This document shows, piece after piece, positions 47,842 to 59,137 of a stretch of 64,000 nt of DNA. The notes beneath the pieces were generated by a model, which did no database searches, was not told the origin of the DNA, and saw only the letters and a program-made list of their open reading frames with translations. The stretch comes from Lepidodermella squamata. Its lineage: Eukaryota > Animalia > Gastrotricha. Position 1 is the first letter of the stretch, and every line of letters begins with the position of its first letter. Position numbers and translations under genes: made by a program. The stretch is from NCBI GenBank assembly GCA_047495785.1, contig JBLDXI010000007.1:2852001-2916000 (forward strand), written 5' to 3'.

Positions 47842-50072
47842 ATGCCAATATTTGAACTCGTTTTTGGCAAACGAGCGACACCAGGCTCTCCAACTGTCAA
47901 AGAAAAGCTTCTTGAGCTGAATAAGGTTGGTGGCGTAGAATTATTCCTTACGGATGTTCGGGCTCGAGCGTTCGGTAGTTTCCGAGAAGTTCAAGCCCAT
48001 GACGAGAAAATCTCCAATTTATTGCGCTTGAGTCATGTATTGGTGCAACAAAATCGATTTGACGACGCATTCAAAGCCCTGAACCACATCGATTCAATGT
48101 TTGGCTGGTCTGAATCGTTTTTCAAACTCATGTCTAAAGCCTCGCTCGAAGCCAATAATTTCATTGGTTCCTTTGTGTTTTCAGAACTTGCGAGGAACTT
48201 GTTTAATCATGACGATTCCTTCGAAGAATGGAATACATGTGTGAAAAATGTTTTGAAAAATGCAGCCGATGGCAGCACGTCACCGCGAGGTGATTTCGAT
48301 CGATTTTCCAAACTTATGTCTTGTCAGCTTGATCATTATGCCAGCTTTGATAGTGATGATTGGGACGAGTTTGGATTCAAATTATCAACTGACTTGCTGA
48401 GTCTCGATAAATCAGCTGACGTAAAAGTTGCCACTGAAACCTTTGAAGCGATCAGCCATTCAAAATTGCGACAAATTACGTCGAATTTATTTGTCGAAAA
48501 CTTATCGCCAAGCCTCGTTCGATGCATTTGCCTACTTTTCTACAACAATTTCAATCAGCTTGTGAAGTATCGTGAAAACTTGAACTTCGACTTGTATGAA
48601 CGCATTGTGGTTAAAATTCTGGAATCTGCTGTTACCGAAGCTGGTTTTCGAGCGGTAATTGAAAAATCAACTGCTTATTCCATGCTTTTCGCATGTATTT
48701 TCACATTTTGTGCTGCTGAAGCGCACTTGGCGATAAAAAATCAAGATTCATTCGATTTAAACTGGGCTGCTAAACAGTTGTTGTTACACCTTTTGGCGAA
48801 TCCGCCGCAAAATTTTCGGCGAATTGAATCCTGTCTGATACTGCTGGTGCCCACATTGAATAAAAGCGGCGAATTGATGCCTGAAACTCTCGACTTTATT
48901 TCACTCTCGATGTTATTAATCGCAAAATCGCCCGATGAATCGATTAGAAAAAACTTCTCATCAATCGTCAATTTTGTTGCTGGTTTAATTTCTGATGAAA
49001 ACAATCTATCGGCAATCGCTAGAAATGGAACCCTACCCCTGGCCTTAGCTATGAGTTACGACACAACGAATTTCGATGCGATGCATATCGTTAGCGACGC
49101 GCCAAAACAACCACTTTGATGACTCATTCGATCGTACTTTGACGAGCCGAACGTAAAGGAGGAGTACGTGCGGCTTTTTGAGCGCTGATCGTACTTATCG
49201 TAATTTGAAAATACGTTCAAGGGTCGAACGTACTTTCCATAATAAAGCTATAAATAGTAATGTGGTTGTTTTGGCGCGTCGCTGACGATATTACTTTTTC
49301 TAAATTGCTTTCAAACCTTGAAAGGGAAGATCGATTGTTCTTGGCAAATGAAAAGCCATTCGCCGATCGACTTTATGAAGCCAACGATGAATTTTTCAAG
49401 GATGGGCAAAACGTTGTTTTTCATGGCCAGCCAGCCTTGCAAATTACGCAGCTAATTCAGGCTGATATTGGCGAACCCGGAAATTCGTATTATTCTAACC
49501 TGATCTTCGGAAATCATAAATTTATCAGAGCTGCATTAACGAAAGCGCCATATGGCCCTAGTATTGCCCTCCTGCACCATTTGCTTCTAGGTGCAAAATG
49601 TGATATTCGCGAAAAATGGCGAAAAATGTTTACGGGAAATATTTTCGTGAAATTAGCTTCGAAAGCTAAAAGCCATTTGCTGCAAAATAGAACGCATTCG
49701 GCTGATGTGTTTCAAATGATGAGCGCTACGCATAGCTTGGGTATTCTCAAGGAACTCTGCTCCATCGCCCCTCGAGTTGCCAAAGACTTCACGTTGCATG
49801 ATTTTATGTCTTTTTATTGGGCATTTTCGGAATATTCCAATTCCTGTCCTGAATTGGAGGAGTATGAGATGGATTTTTTCCAGGAACGTGACCTGGCTTT
49901 GGGCGTCCTCTTGGCGACTGTTGTTGAACTCAATGAGCAGGTTAAGGTAGATCTACTTCGAAGCAGGACGATCCTTCGTGGCGTGATTTTCAAATTGACT
50001 ACTGCTTTTCGTGAGCTAGAAGAAAGATCTGCGTCGCGAAACCGAGCGGATCTTGAAAAACTTGGCCAATAG
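47842..50072 (+). pseudogene. TPR-like/helical-repeat protein O (subfamily 2) interrupted by a 199-bp MITE
   Basis: Removing 49089-49287 plus one ATAT restores …FDAMHITFSKLL…, colinear with N. Confidence 0.85.
49089..49287. mobile_element. MITE with ~26-bp TIRs and 4-bp ATAT TSD (Sola1-like by TSD, tentative)
   Basis: ATAT|CGTTAGCGACGCGCCAAAACAACCAC…GTGGTTGTTTTGGCGCGTCGCTGACG|ATAT. Confidence 0.88.
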
Positions 50073-50337
50073 TAGCAGAATTAAGACTGTTGTTACTTGA
50101 TGAGTAATATATGCAAGCTAATTGAATAAATTTGTTGGAGTGCTGTTTTTGTGACTAACAGATTTTTTATTCTAGAAATTTGAATTTCAAGGGTAAAAAT
50201 TCGTATTTTGTCGTCCGTAACGATTTTTGTTTTTTTTTCGATAGTTACAGTGCTCCGCAGCATTTTAATTCATAGTTTTCTTAATTGAAAAACTATTGAA
50301 TTTCTACGTGTTTTTAGTTTTTGATAGTGATTTTACT

Positions 50338-53300
50338 ATGCAACAGCAGCAAACAGGACTCTGCTGCGTAAACGGCGTCCGAATCACGCCGAGTTGCGAT
50401 GCTGAAAGCGCCGAATTCCGCAAAAGTGTTCGCGATTGCCTCAGCGCATTGCTGCCCATTTGTGAGCAGAAACTCGGCTACCAACCTGGGTTTCTATCCT
50501 TAGTAACCGACTACGACGGATTTGTCGATCTGAACGAGCAGTTTCTCGAGTCGAATGACGCTGATGTGTTAAATCGAGATTTCAAGTCAATAATCATGTT
50601 CATCACTGTTTACTGCGCCTGGGGTACTAAAACGGAAGTACGTGCCCCAAAGCTCCTCCCAAATATCTACATCGCTTTATTTCTCGCTGTTCGTGAAAGC
50701 GAATTCGCCCTTGCTAACCTGATTAGTTACTTGCATAATCTTGCATAAACGTCATCCCTTCGTGCTTTGTTCGAACGCTCGTTGAAGCTTTCTTCCTGGC
50801 GATCAGCCGCAGCGAGAAACCTCTGAATGAATCATGAATCATCCGCGCGAACTCTGGATCTTCTGACGAACAATTTATGGACGCCAGGGCAGCGATGGGC
50901 TACGCTTCATAGCTACGGCGGATTATCTCAAGGATTTTTTGACGGTAATCTTGTGTTATTTAAATTTAGCATTTCAAGTTGAAAACGTAACATCAAGTTT
51001 GAAAAGAATCCGTTGGCACCAAATTTAGGAAAGAAATGATACATTGTAAATAAAAAATTGAAAATTAGCAGTTTTGCGCAACATTTTGCTCACTCTTTAC
51101 ACAAAAACATCATAATCGTGCTCTCAATCAAATAGTTATTTTTCATCCTGTTATTATCATACCCCGGTCTTTATAAATATTAAACAGCTTTTTAATTGAA
51201 ACAAGCGAAGAAAAGCGCCCCGACCCAGGCGAACCCGGAAAACCAGACAACTGAGAACCCTTGCAAAGGGCTCCCGAAGCCGGTTTCCCGGGCGGCCGGG
51301 GCGCGGTTTCGACGCAAGTTCCATACTACTGGAGCGGAAAAGCAGCATAGCTACGAGCTGATGAAAGATGGCTATGGCAGTTTATCGTGAAAGCATTTTG
51401 GTCGCCGATGTGCAGTGCGATGACGTTTGCCGCAAATCCATCCCAGCTGTATCACGGATTGTACCGTTAACTCACGCATGGAATAGTTCGAGTAGATGAA
51501 ATCTTTCGCACCAAGTCCTATCATGCTCATCATTCGCTTGGCCTTCTCGCGATGCGATTTATCGCCGAGTTTCCGGGACGAAATGCGCGGCGGCCGATGT
51601 TGGGCGTTTGATGAAAGTGAATGCATTTCGCAGATTTGTCACCTCCGCGAGGACAATCCGCCATTTGCTCGTCGTTAAGCTGTTGCTGACCAATAAACAT
51701 TCGCTGTTACAAAGGAGCGTTAGCATAGCAAATCTGGATTTTCGAAAAAGCTCACCTTTTTGAACCGACAGAAGTACCAGCAGATCGAAAAGACGTCAAG
51801 ATTTGCGTAAACGAAATGCATTGCTCTGTCACTAGAGCTAATTGTTCCTTGGCTGTGGCAGAGTCGAAATTTCTCCGTCCAAGATCTTTCATCTGGTCGT
51901 TGCGCTTGAAGCTGAAATCGTATGAGAGGAAGTTGCTGGCAGAAAAACAAAGCAATTGTCAAACTCACATTTCTTCGAACAGCAGTTTGATATCGGCATC
52001 GCTTAGTTGCAGTTCCGGGTACACGGTCTTCTTTTTTCTCAGCTGGCTCAGATTCTGTTTTAGCTGTTTTATGCTCCTAACGAAGCATGTCGATGCCAGC
52101 TTTTTTCAGACGTTCGCGGCCAAATTCGGCACGAACATGGTCTAGAAATTGCGAGAGAGAAGTGTCAAGTTTCGAAAGTCAACAATGCTTATTAAAAATA
52201 TTACCGAAAACAGCGGCTTGAAGGTCCTTGTCTATCTGCCACTCCGGCCGGGTGGCGGTACCAGAGGCTACGGCTCCCGGCTTGCGACCACCCAAGGTCC
52301 TTTGAATCATCTCGGCTTTAGAAAGGAGGAATAGTCCACAGGCATACATCTTTGAGTTTACAAGAGAACGACTTTCTCGACGTAAATGCAGCGAATCATC
52401 TTTAGAAATGGAACGTCCAAACATGACAATCTGTGACCTGTGACCCTAAAATTGAAAACCAATATAAGCATGAAGTACGAGGAAGGATGAAGTAATTACT
52501 AGGACGACGTCGTGACGGCTTTCGGCGTTTCGACGATTCTAGACCCTAGACTGAATACCAACTGCTATATAGCGAAGAACAGTAGCTGTGCTTCGGGAGT
52601 TGCGCTGCCTGCGCAAAGGTAGAGTTGTTCAGATTATTCTTGCGCAACTCGAAAAATTCGAGATTTTTGACACGGCGTTTGATTTCGGCCATGAAATAGT
52701 CCTTAACGCCGGTTAATCGATCAGCACCTTCCTTATAGCACGGCTTGAAAGAGATGACCGATTTCGAAACTTCGTCGAAAGTTGCAGTTGAGGTACACTC
52801 CGCAGCGTTGCACCGGCGGTATTAGGTGTCGAGACAGGCGCCTTTCTGAGTTTCATCGCCCTTCTCGAATTTCAGCAAACAAGTTTCTAGACCGCTTCGA
52901 ATGAGTTCCAGGCACTCGACTTAGTAGGGGGACGTCGAAGTCCGAAATTGAGTGAGCGTCAAGCCAACTTCGGAAAAAGCACACACCAAGAGCACAAGAT
53001 GATAAACTGAAAACTGAAAACAGTGGTTTATCACAAAACATGAGATTGAAATCAGACCCGGGCCGACCCAAGCTGTGGAGCAGTTTAGGTTCAGAAGTGA
53101 AGCTTTTATGCAGATTTATGGCACTCTCGAGCGATTTTGAATTTTTGCCTTTTTGACTTTCACCAACGATGGCTCTCTAACGGTGAGGAATTGGCTCATG
53201 AGATTTTGCGAGCTTACTGGAATGGGTTCTGACTGTTTATGGTCAAAATATGAACCCGGAGAACCTCATGGTTATGAAATGACAAGCGTTTGAAAAAAGT

Positions 53301-54617
53301 GGAAATTTTTTATGCAGATTTAGGTTACCTTACCCTATAAAAACGAGGATTTGCGTTACTAGCGAATAAGCTTCAGCCAATCTAGTTTATCCGACGCAAG
53401 TTTGATCTTCCTGTAGCGTGGATTCATCGACACACTTTTCCCGGCAAACGGTGAGAGAATGCAATTTTTAATCAGTAATTGTTTCCCTTTTTTCCAGTTC
53501 TTGAAATCAGCAAGTAATCAGCAAGAGGAATCACGCTAGAAATTAAAAAGAAGTTGGTAGAATCAAAGTGCCCTTCCGTCCACCGAAATCGGTGAGGCTT
53601 TTCAGCGACTCTACTGGGTTTCCAATCTTTGAGGAGGGTGGGTGCCTCCCGGAAGTCTGCAATTTAAAACTAAAAATTCTGAAGTAAAATTGTTAACATG
53701 GTGAAATCCACCGATCGTTCATTTTCAAACACTCTTGTTCAAATGCTGGGAAATTCGAAAAATTAGCCGAACCCCACTTTTCACTTGTTAACGGTCCAAT
53801 TGATTTTTTTATGACTAAACCGATTTTTATGATTTATTGACAAATTTCGCTTCAATTATTTCTAATCGACATTTTAGGAATGGTCCACTCGATATTGAGC
53901 GGCTTCAAAACTCATTGGGACCAGCGTGAAATCGACCACCCTATACGTGGTCACATTTGGGACATTTTAGTCCGCAATTACCTCGCTTCAAGTCAACTCA
54001 TCGGCTTTTGCGAAGTTATCCATTACATGCTGCCTTTTTCCGCCTCAATCCCCGATTTTCAGCGTCGCATTTTCGACATGTACTTCATGGCTGCTGAGGC
54101 GAGGGATCTTACGTGGTTTGACCTTTTCCAGCGGGACGGTTCGCCGTTGAGCTTTAAAGACGTCACTGATCAAATTGTCAAGCTCATAGTCCTCCCACTG
54201 GCCAGATCTGGTTACGAACAAAACGGGTTTTATTTTGAAGAAAGGAATTATCGAATGTTATTGGAACCTCTGGCTCGACTTGATTACATCTACTCAGCCG
54301 AGTGTGAACAGCGATACCTCTCATTAGCCCTTCATTTCTTCGATTTGAAAGGCTACAATCAGTCGGAAATGATCGGAGTTTTCCGCTCTTTGTTCACGCG
54401 GGAAAATTCCGGGAAAAATGAGGCTTTTGATCGAATCGATTCGATGTTGAGATCTTGTTATCCGCTGAAGCTGATGCAACTCGCTCGCAGGGAGGTGTTG
54501 ATTCGCCTCCCACTTGGATTTGAAGATCGGCCCAAGGCGATCTCGCGATTACTGCTGCCTGAAATCTTGAAAAATTATCTCAACTTCAGCGATTGCGAAG
54601 TTGGCGAAGCTGAGTGA
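50338..54617 (+). pseudogene. Divergent SOCS-box paralog P; exons ~50338-50944 and 53878-54617, exon 1 frameshifted
   Basis: Cys-rich N-terminus like A-C. IPSCFVRTLVEA motif lies in a shifted frame after ~50745; 7-bp duplication atgaatc. Exon 2 has IVLPLARSG and YPLKLMQLARREVL…LLLPEILKNYL. Confidence 0.68.
50990..53800. mobile_element. Unclassified TE-like insertion(s) in the intron of P
   Basis: 2.9-kb intron vs ~50-bp norm; broken minus-strand coding-like segments; no clear TIRs found. Confidence 0.4.
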
Positions 54618-55482
54618 TCGGAAAATTTGTTTGGAAAACGCTTCAGTCGATTATAATCTCGGATTTTCGTTTTTGATTCTCTCAGTTATGATTTTGTTAT
54701 GCTTTTTATGTTAGTTCCAAAAAAGCTAGAGTTTCTTGATTTGAAATCAGGCGAAGCTTTTTTGGGACAGAGCTTTTCGTCTTTATACCCTCGCAGTACC
54801 CTCCCAGCGAATAAAACATTCAACACGTTTTTACGTTTTGGACTTCATTTTATGGCTGTATTTCTTTGTATTTTTTTTTAGATTTGATCATTATGCATTT
54901 TGGTTATTAATTTACTGAAAATCAATACGGTTCGCTCAACGAATCCGGTTTCGGGTATATTAAACTGTCTTTTGACGGAAATAAGGCAATCGAGAAAGGT
55001 CATCGAGATACTGATTCAATATTACGAAAGTTGTAAAAATTTTCGATCTAGACAGTCGTTGAGTCTTTTTTGTCTCGACTCGAAATAATCAAAGGCCATT
55101 AAAAAGAAATCTATCAATGTCCCAAATATTTCTGATAAAGTAGGAAAGAACTGCTCGGTCGACTTAATCCGCAGCTGTTCATTAAGTCTTAGGGCAGATT
55201 TTGTTAGGTTTTTCTCGTCTTTCAGCTGTCTCATTATCGTTTTTATCGTTTCCGCTTTCGATTATTCTAATCTTTCCTGGATCAACCAACTGATTCTGCT
55301 CCGACCGATACTCAAATTCTTAAGATATCGATTCATCTAGCGGCTCAACGTTAAAAGAGTGAAAAATATTAGATAGCTTTAATCAATTGAATTGAGTGAA
55401 AACAACAAGCTCGATTCAAGTAAAAGCGGTGAGAACTTACCTCTCGACCAAGTCGTGTTTACTGTAACCACAGGTGCGCAAC

Positions 55483-56218
55483 CAGGGCCGGATTAACGTT
55501 CGGGTGGCCCCTGGGCACTTTCTGGTTAGCGGCCCTTACACTTCAAATTTTGCCGCAAAATCTAGGTTTTTCATAATTAAAGCCATGATCAAAGTCAATT
55601 GCCTCAATTTCCTGACTATTCTTATCTGGAATAGAAAAGAATGGATGATGACTTGAAGTAAAAATTTCTTTGCATTGTATTTGCATTTCGCTTTGATATA
55701 TTTTTCAAGCAATTTATTCATACATAACTGCAGTTAACGTTGAAAAATGCAATTCATTTTTCCAACAAAATTTAGCGAAATTTCGGAATAATGTCACCTT
55801 ACCCCGCGCGAAGCGAGAAATTTTCAAAGAATATTCCTGATTCACTTTGCTTATCCCGTTTCACTTTTTGGAGTTCGCTCGGAAATTGAGGGAAGATGAT
55901 TCAATTATCATCAATTTTTCATTGAAACCTCTCATGATGAAATGTACTGATAGCTGATGATATATCGAGCGAAGCGAGCAAATTTTAAGTAAAATCAACA
56001 AAAAATACGCTTATCCGACTGATTGGAGAGGCTCTTAATTGCAGAGCTTAATGACCGAATGAAGGTCCAGAAATATTCCCAAAATTGTTAGGAAAACCGA
56101 GCTTGTCACCCTTTACTGGCGGCCCTTTTTGACTGGCGGCCCTTTTTGACTGGCGGCCCTTTTTGACTGGCGGCCCCTGGGCTCCAGCCCTCCAAGCCCA
56201 TGCGTTAATCCGGCCCTG
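55483..56218. mobile_element. Non-autonomous hAT-like element (736 bp)
   Basis: TIR CAGGGCCGGATTAACG / CGTTAATCCGGCCCTG, perfect 8-bp TSD TGCGCAAC, subterminal actggcggccc x4. Confidence 0.92.
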
Positions 56219-56439
56219 TGCGCAACATATGACAAGCAACCCCCGAGCCACCCAATCCACCCAAAAAACTGTCTATACTGGGTGACATCTTTTCATCCTC
56301 ATTGATGCGGTAAAAATTTCCCAAATTAGTTTGAAATTGCAAAATCATTTTGCAATTCTTGAACCTTCTCGAAATTTTTGTTATCAATTTTCGTTATATC
56401 GCTTGAAATTGTTACGGTTAGCAGTAGATCTTATGATAA

Positions 56440-58470
56440 ATGTCAGTTTTTGAACTCATCTTCGGCAATGGGAGCGTACCAGGTTCTCCATTGGTCAAAG
56501 AAACGCTCCTTGAGCTGAATCAGACTGGTGGCGTAAGTAAGTTTCTCACCGATGTTCGAATTCGAGCTTTCGGCGACTTTCAAGAAGTTCAAGCTCGCCA
56601 CCATAAAATCTCGAATTTGATGCGCCTGAGTGAAGTTTTAATGCAGCAAAATCGGTTCGACGACGCATTCAAAGCCTTGAGCCAGCTGGACGCGATGTTC
56701 GCCTGGTCCGAGTCGTTTTTCAAATTAATGTCAAAAGCAACGCTAGAATCCAATCGTATAGTTGGTTCCTACATATTTTCATGGATTTCGGAGAACAAAT
56801 TCAGCCATGACGATCCGCTCGCCCTTTGGCACGAAGGAATTTCTCAAAAAGCCGCCGCTGGCGATAATTCATGCCCGACATTTCTAGCTGAAGTTGATCG
56901 AACTAGCAAAATCCTGGGCATGAGTCTTGTTGATTATTGCGCCAATTTTCAAAGCGATGACTGGGACGAATTTGGGTTGAAAACTGCAACTGCTTTATTT
57001 GGTCTTCCTAGAGAAATCAATGATGAGTCGTTGGAAATGGCGAGACTCAGCTTTGAAGCAATTAAATCAACGAAATTCTGCGAGCAGAGCTTTTCATTTG
57101 TAAATTTATCACCAAGCCTTATCCGTTGCATTTGTACATTCTTGTTCAATATCCTTCATTTGTCGAATTACCGTGGAAAGTTGAATTTTGACCTGTTTCA
57201 AGAAATTGCCGCGAAAATTCTGGAATCTTTAGCTACGGACGCTGGTTTTCGAGCCGCAGTCACCAAATCTAGAACCTATTCTCTGCTTTTTGTCATCATT
57301 GTCTTATTTTGCAAGAATGAGACAACTTTCGAGCTGAAAAATCGTGATTTTTTTACCGTCAACTGGGCAGTTAAAATTTTGTTGTTGAATATTCTGGCGC
57401 ATTCATCTCCTGATTTTCAGCGATTAGATCCCTGTATAAAATGGCTTGATGAAGCTCTTATTAAAGATGGCGGCGAATTGAGCCCGGAAAGTATTTATCT
57501 GCTTTCAATTTGTTTGGTATTGATCGCGAATTCGCCGGATGAACAAGTTCGGAAAATCGGCCCTTCTTTTATTCCGTCTTGCTCAAGACTTATCAATACG
57601 GATCACCACATTCTATCGCGAATCGTTCGAACTGGGACACTACCCCTTGCTTATGCGATCTGTTATGGTGACCCGAGTTTCACCTGGCTTCAACGTCTTT
57701 TTCCGTATTTTTTAACTACTTTGGACAACAAACATCTATTAATTTTGGCGAATGACAAAATGTTCGCCGATCAATTCTACGCAGCTGTTGACGCCTTTTT
57801 CCAAGATGGCCTATCCGTTGTTTTCTGTGGCCAACCCGCCTTGCAAATATCGCAACTAGTTTCAGCTGACATTTCTGAAACTGGAAATTCGTATTTTTCT
57901 CATCTGATTCTCGGAAATGATCAATTTATCAGAGCTCTGTTCTCAAAAGCCGCTTATGGACCCAGTAATGGCCTGCTGCACTCGGTGCTTCGATGTGCGA
58001 AAGATCAAGTTCGCGAAAAATGGCGAAAAATATTCGCTGGAAGGACCTTTGCGAAATTAGCCATGAAAGCAATGCAACACTTGCTTCACGAGAAGAACTT
58101 TCCCGATTTTCTTATGAAACTATCCAATGGAACATATGATCTGGGGATTTTATGCGAAATCTGCCGAATTACTCCCCAAGTTGCTAAAGAATTCTCTTTG
58201 AGCCAAATTCTGTCGATTTTCCGTGTCTTCGATGACGGCGTCAATAACCATCCCGTCATGGATCAAAATGAGGTGGATTTTTTCCAAGAGCGCGACCTGG
58301 CTATGGGTGTTTTCTTAGCGACCGTGATTGGTCTGAATGAGGAGATCAAGGCTGGCCTTCGTCGATACAGATCGATTCTTCGCGTTGCGATTTCTAAAGT
58401 GATCAGAGCTTTGCGTGAACTGGGGGAAAAGTCGCCCATACCAAAACTGGCCAATCTTGGTGAACTGTGA
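56440..58470 (+). CDS. TPR-like/helical-repeat protein Q (subfamily 2, 676 aa)
   Basis: Full-length paralog of N/O. Confidence 0.9.
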   Translation: MSVFELIFGNGSVPGSPLVKETLLELNQTGGVSKFLTDVRIRAFGDFQEVQARHHKISNLMRLSEVLMQQNRFDDAFKALSQLDAMFAWSESFFKLMSKATLESNRIVGSYIFSWISENKFSHDDPLALWHEGISQKAAAGDNSCPTFLAEVDRTSKILGMSLVDYCANFQSDDWDEFGLKTATALFGLPREINDESLEMARLSFEAIKSTKFCEQSFSFVNLSPSLIRCICTFLFNILHLSNYRGKLNFDLFQEIAAKILESLATDAGFRAAVTKSRTYSLLFVIIVLFCKNETTFELKNRDFFTVNWAVKILLLNILAHSSPDFQRLDPCIKWLDEALIKDGGELSPESIYLLSICLVLIANSPDEQVRKIGPSFIPSCSRLINTDHHILSRIVRTGTLPLAYAICYGDPSFTWLQRLFPYFLTTLDNKHLLILANDKMFADQFYAAVDAFFQDGLSVVFCGQPALQISQLVSADISETGNSYFSHLILGNDQFIRALFSKAAYGPSNGLLHSVLRCAKDQVREKWRKIFAGRTFAKLAMKAMQHLLHEKNFPDFLMKLSNGTYDLGILCEICRITPQVAKEFSLSQILSIFRVFDDGVNNHPVMDQNEVDFFQERDLAMGVFLATVIGLNEEIKAGLRRYRSILRVAISKVIRALRELGEKSPIPKLANLGEL

Positions 58471-59028
58471 ATAAATTTTTGCGATTGTGTCATTTTTGTA
58501 TTTTTTATTTCGGCAGTTTGAGCAGAAAAGTTTATTTTACTATCTGTTATATCTTCGGTTTTCATTGCGCGCTTTTAATCTCAATCGATTTTTTGTTATA
58601 ACTTTTAATGTATTAGTAGCAATCAATCGTTCCACATGGTTCTATTTAGATTTGTTATATGGTAAATAATGGTAAACATTGTCTTTGCTCGTATCAGGTT
58701 TTAGCTCTGGAAGGATGTATTTGCAACATTGCTATGGCTATTGCTCGAATGGCGAATCTCAAGTCGTAATCGCTGACCGAAGTTTTATATTTTTGTTCAC
58801 AAACGCGCGCACTTCGGACTGCGCGCCCGAAGTGAGAACAATATCCGCAATTCAATATACTTAGGCTTTCAAACGAGAGGGGGCTTATATTTCGGTAACT
58901 ACGGTAGGTTTTTGTTTGGAACTTGTCTGTATGATGGTCTGTAATTTGCGCTGTCTGAGTGCTGTTATTTCGGTTTCACGCACAGCTCCGCAAACATCCG
59001 AATAACTTAATTAGAATATTTTTTTTAA

Positions 59029-59137
59029 AGAACGAGGCCTCGCTTGGGCGTTTTCTTAGCGACCGTGATTAGCCTCAATGAGGAGATCAAGGTGGGCCTA
59101 CAAGACAGATCGATTCTTCGCGGTGTCATTTCAAAAA
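59029..59137 (+). pseudogene. Relic of the 3' end of a subfamily-2 helical gene
   Basis: gttttcttagcgaccgtgatt..cct..aatgaggagatcaagg…cagatcgattcttcgcg closely matches 58309-58385. Confidence 0.8.

Noticed and set aside
22786-48530. Recurrent antisense ORFs over paralogs (e.g. 22786-23127, 27469-27792, 31246-31596)
   Set aside because: Shadows of the sense coding frames; their similarity follows from paralogy.
49089-49287. MITE acting as a spliced introner that rescues gene O
   Set aside because: A GT lies at the left end, but the nearest AG (~49256) would leave an in-frame TAA and TIR sequence; no acceptor at the right end.
28401-58470. NLR/STAND or UNC-45 identity for the helical family
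   Set aside because: No Walker A/B motifs; only one or two TPR-like units and no recognisable UCS motifs.
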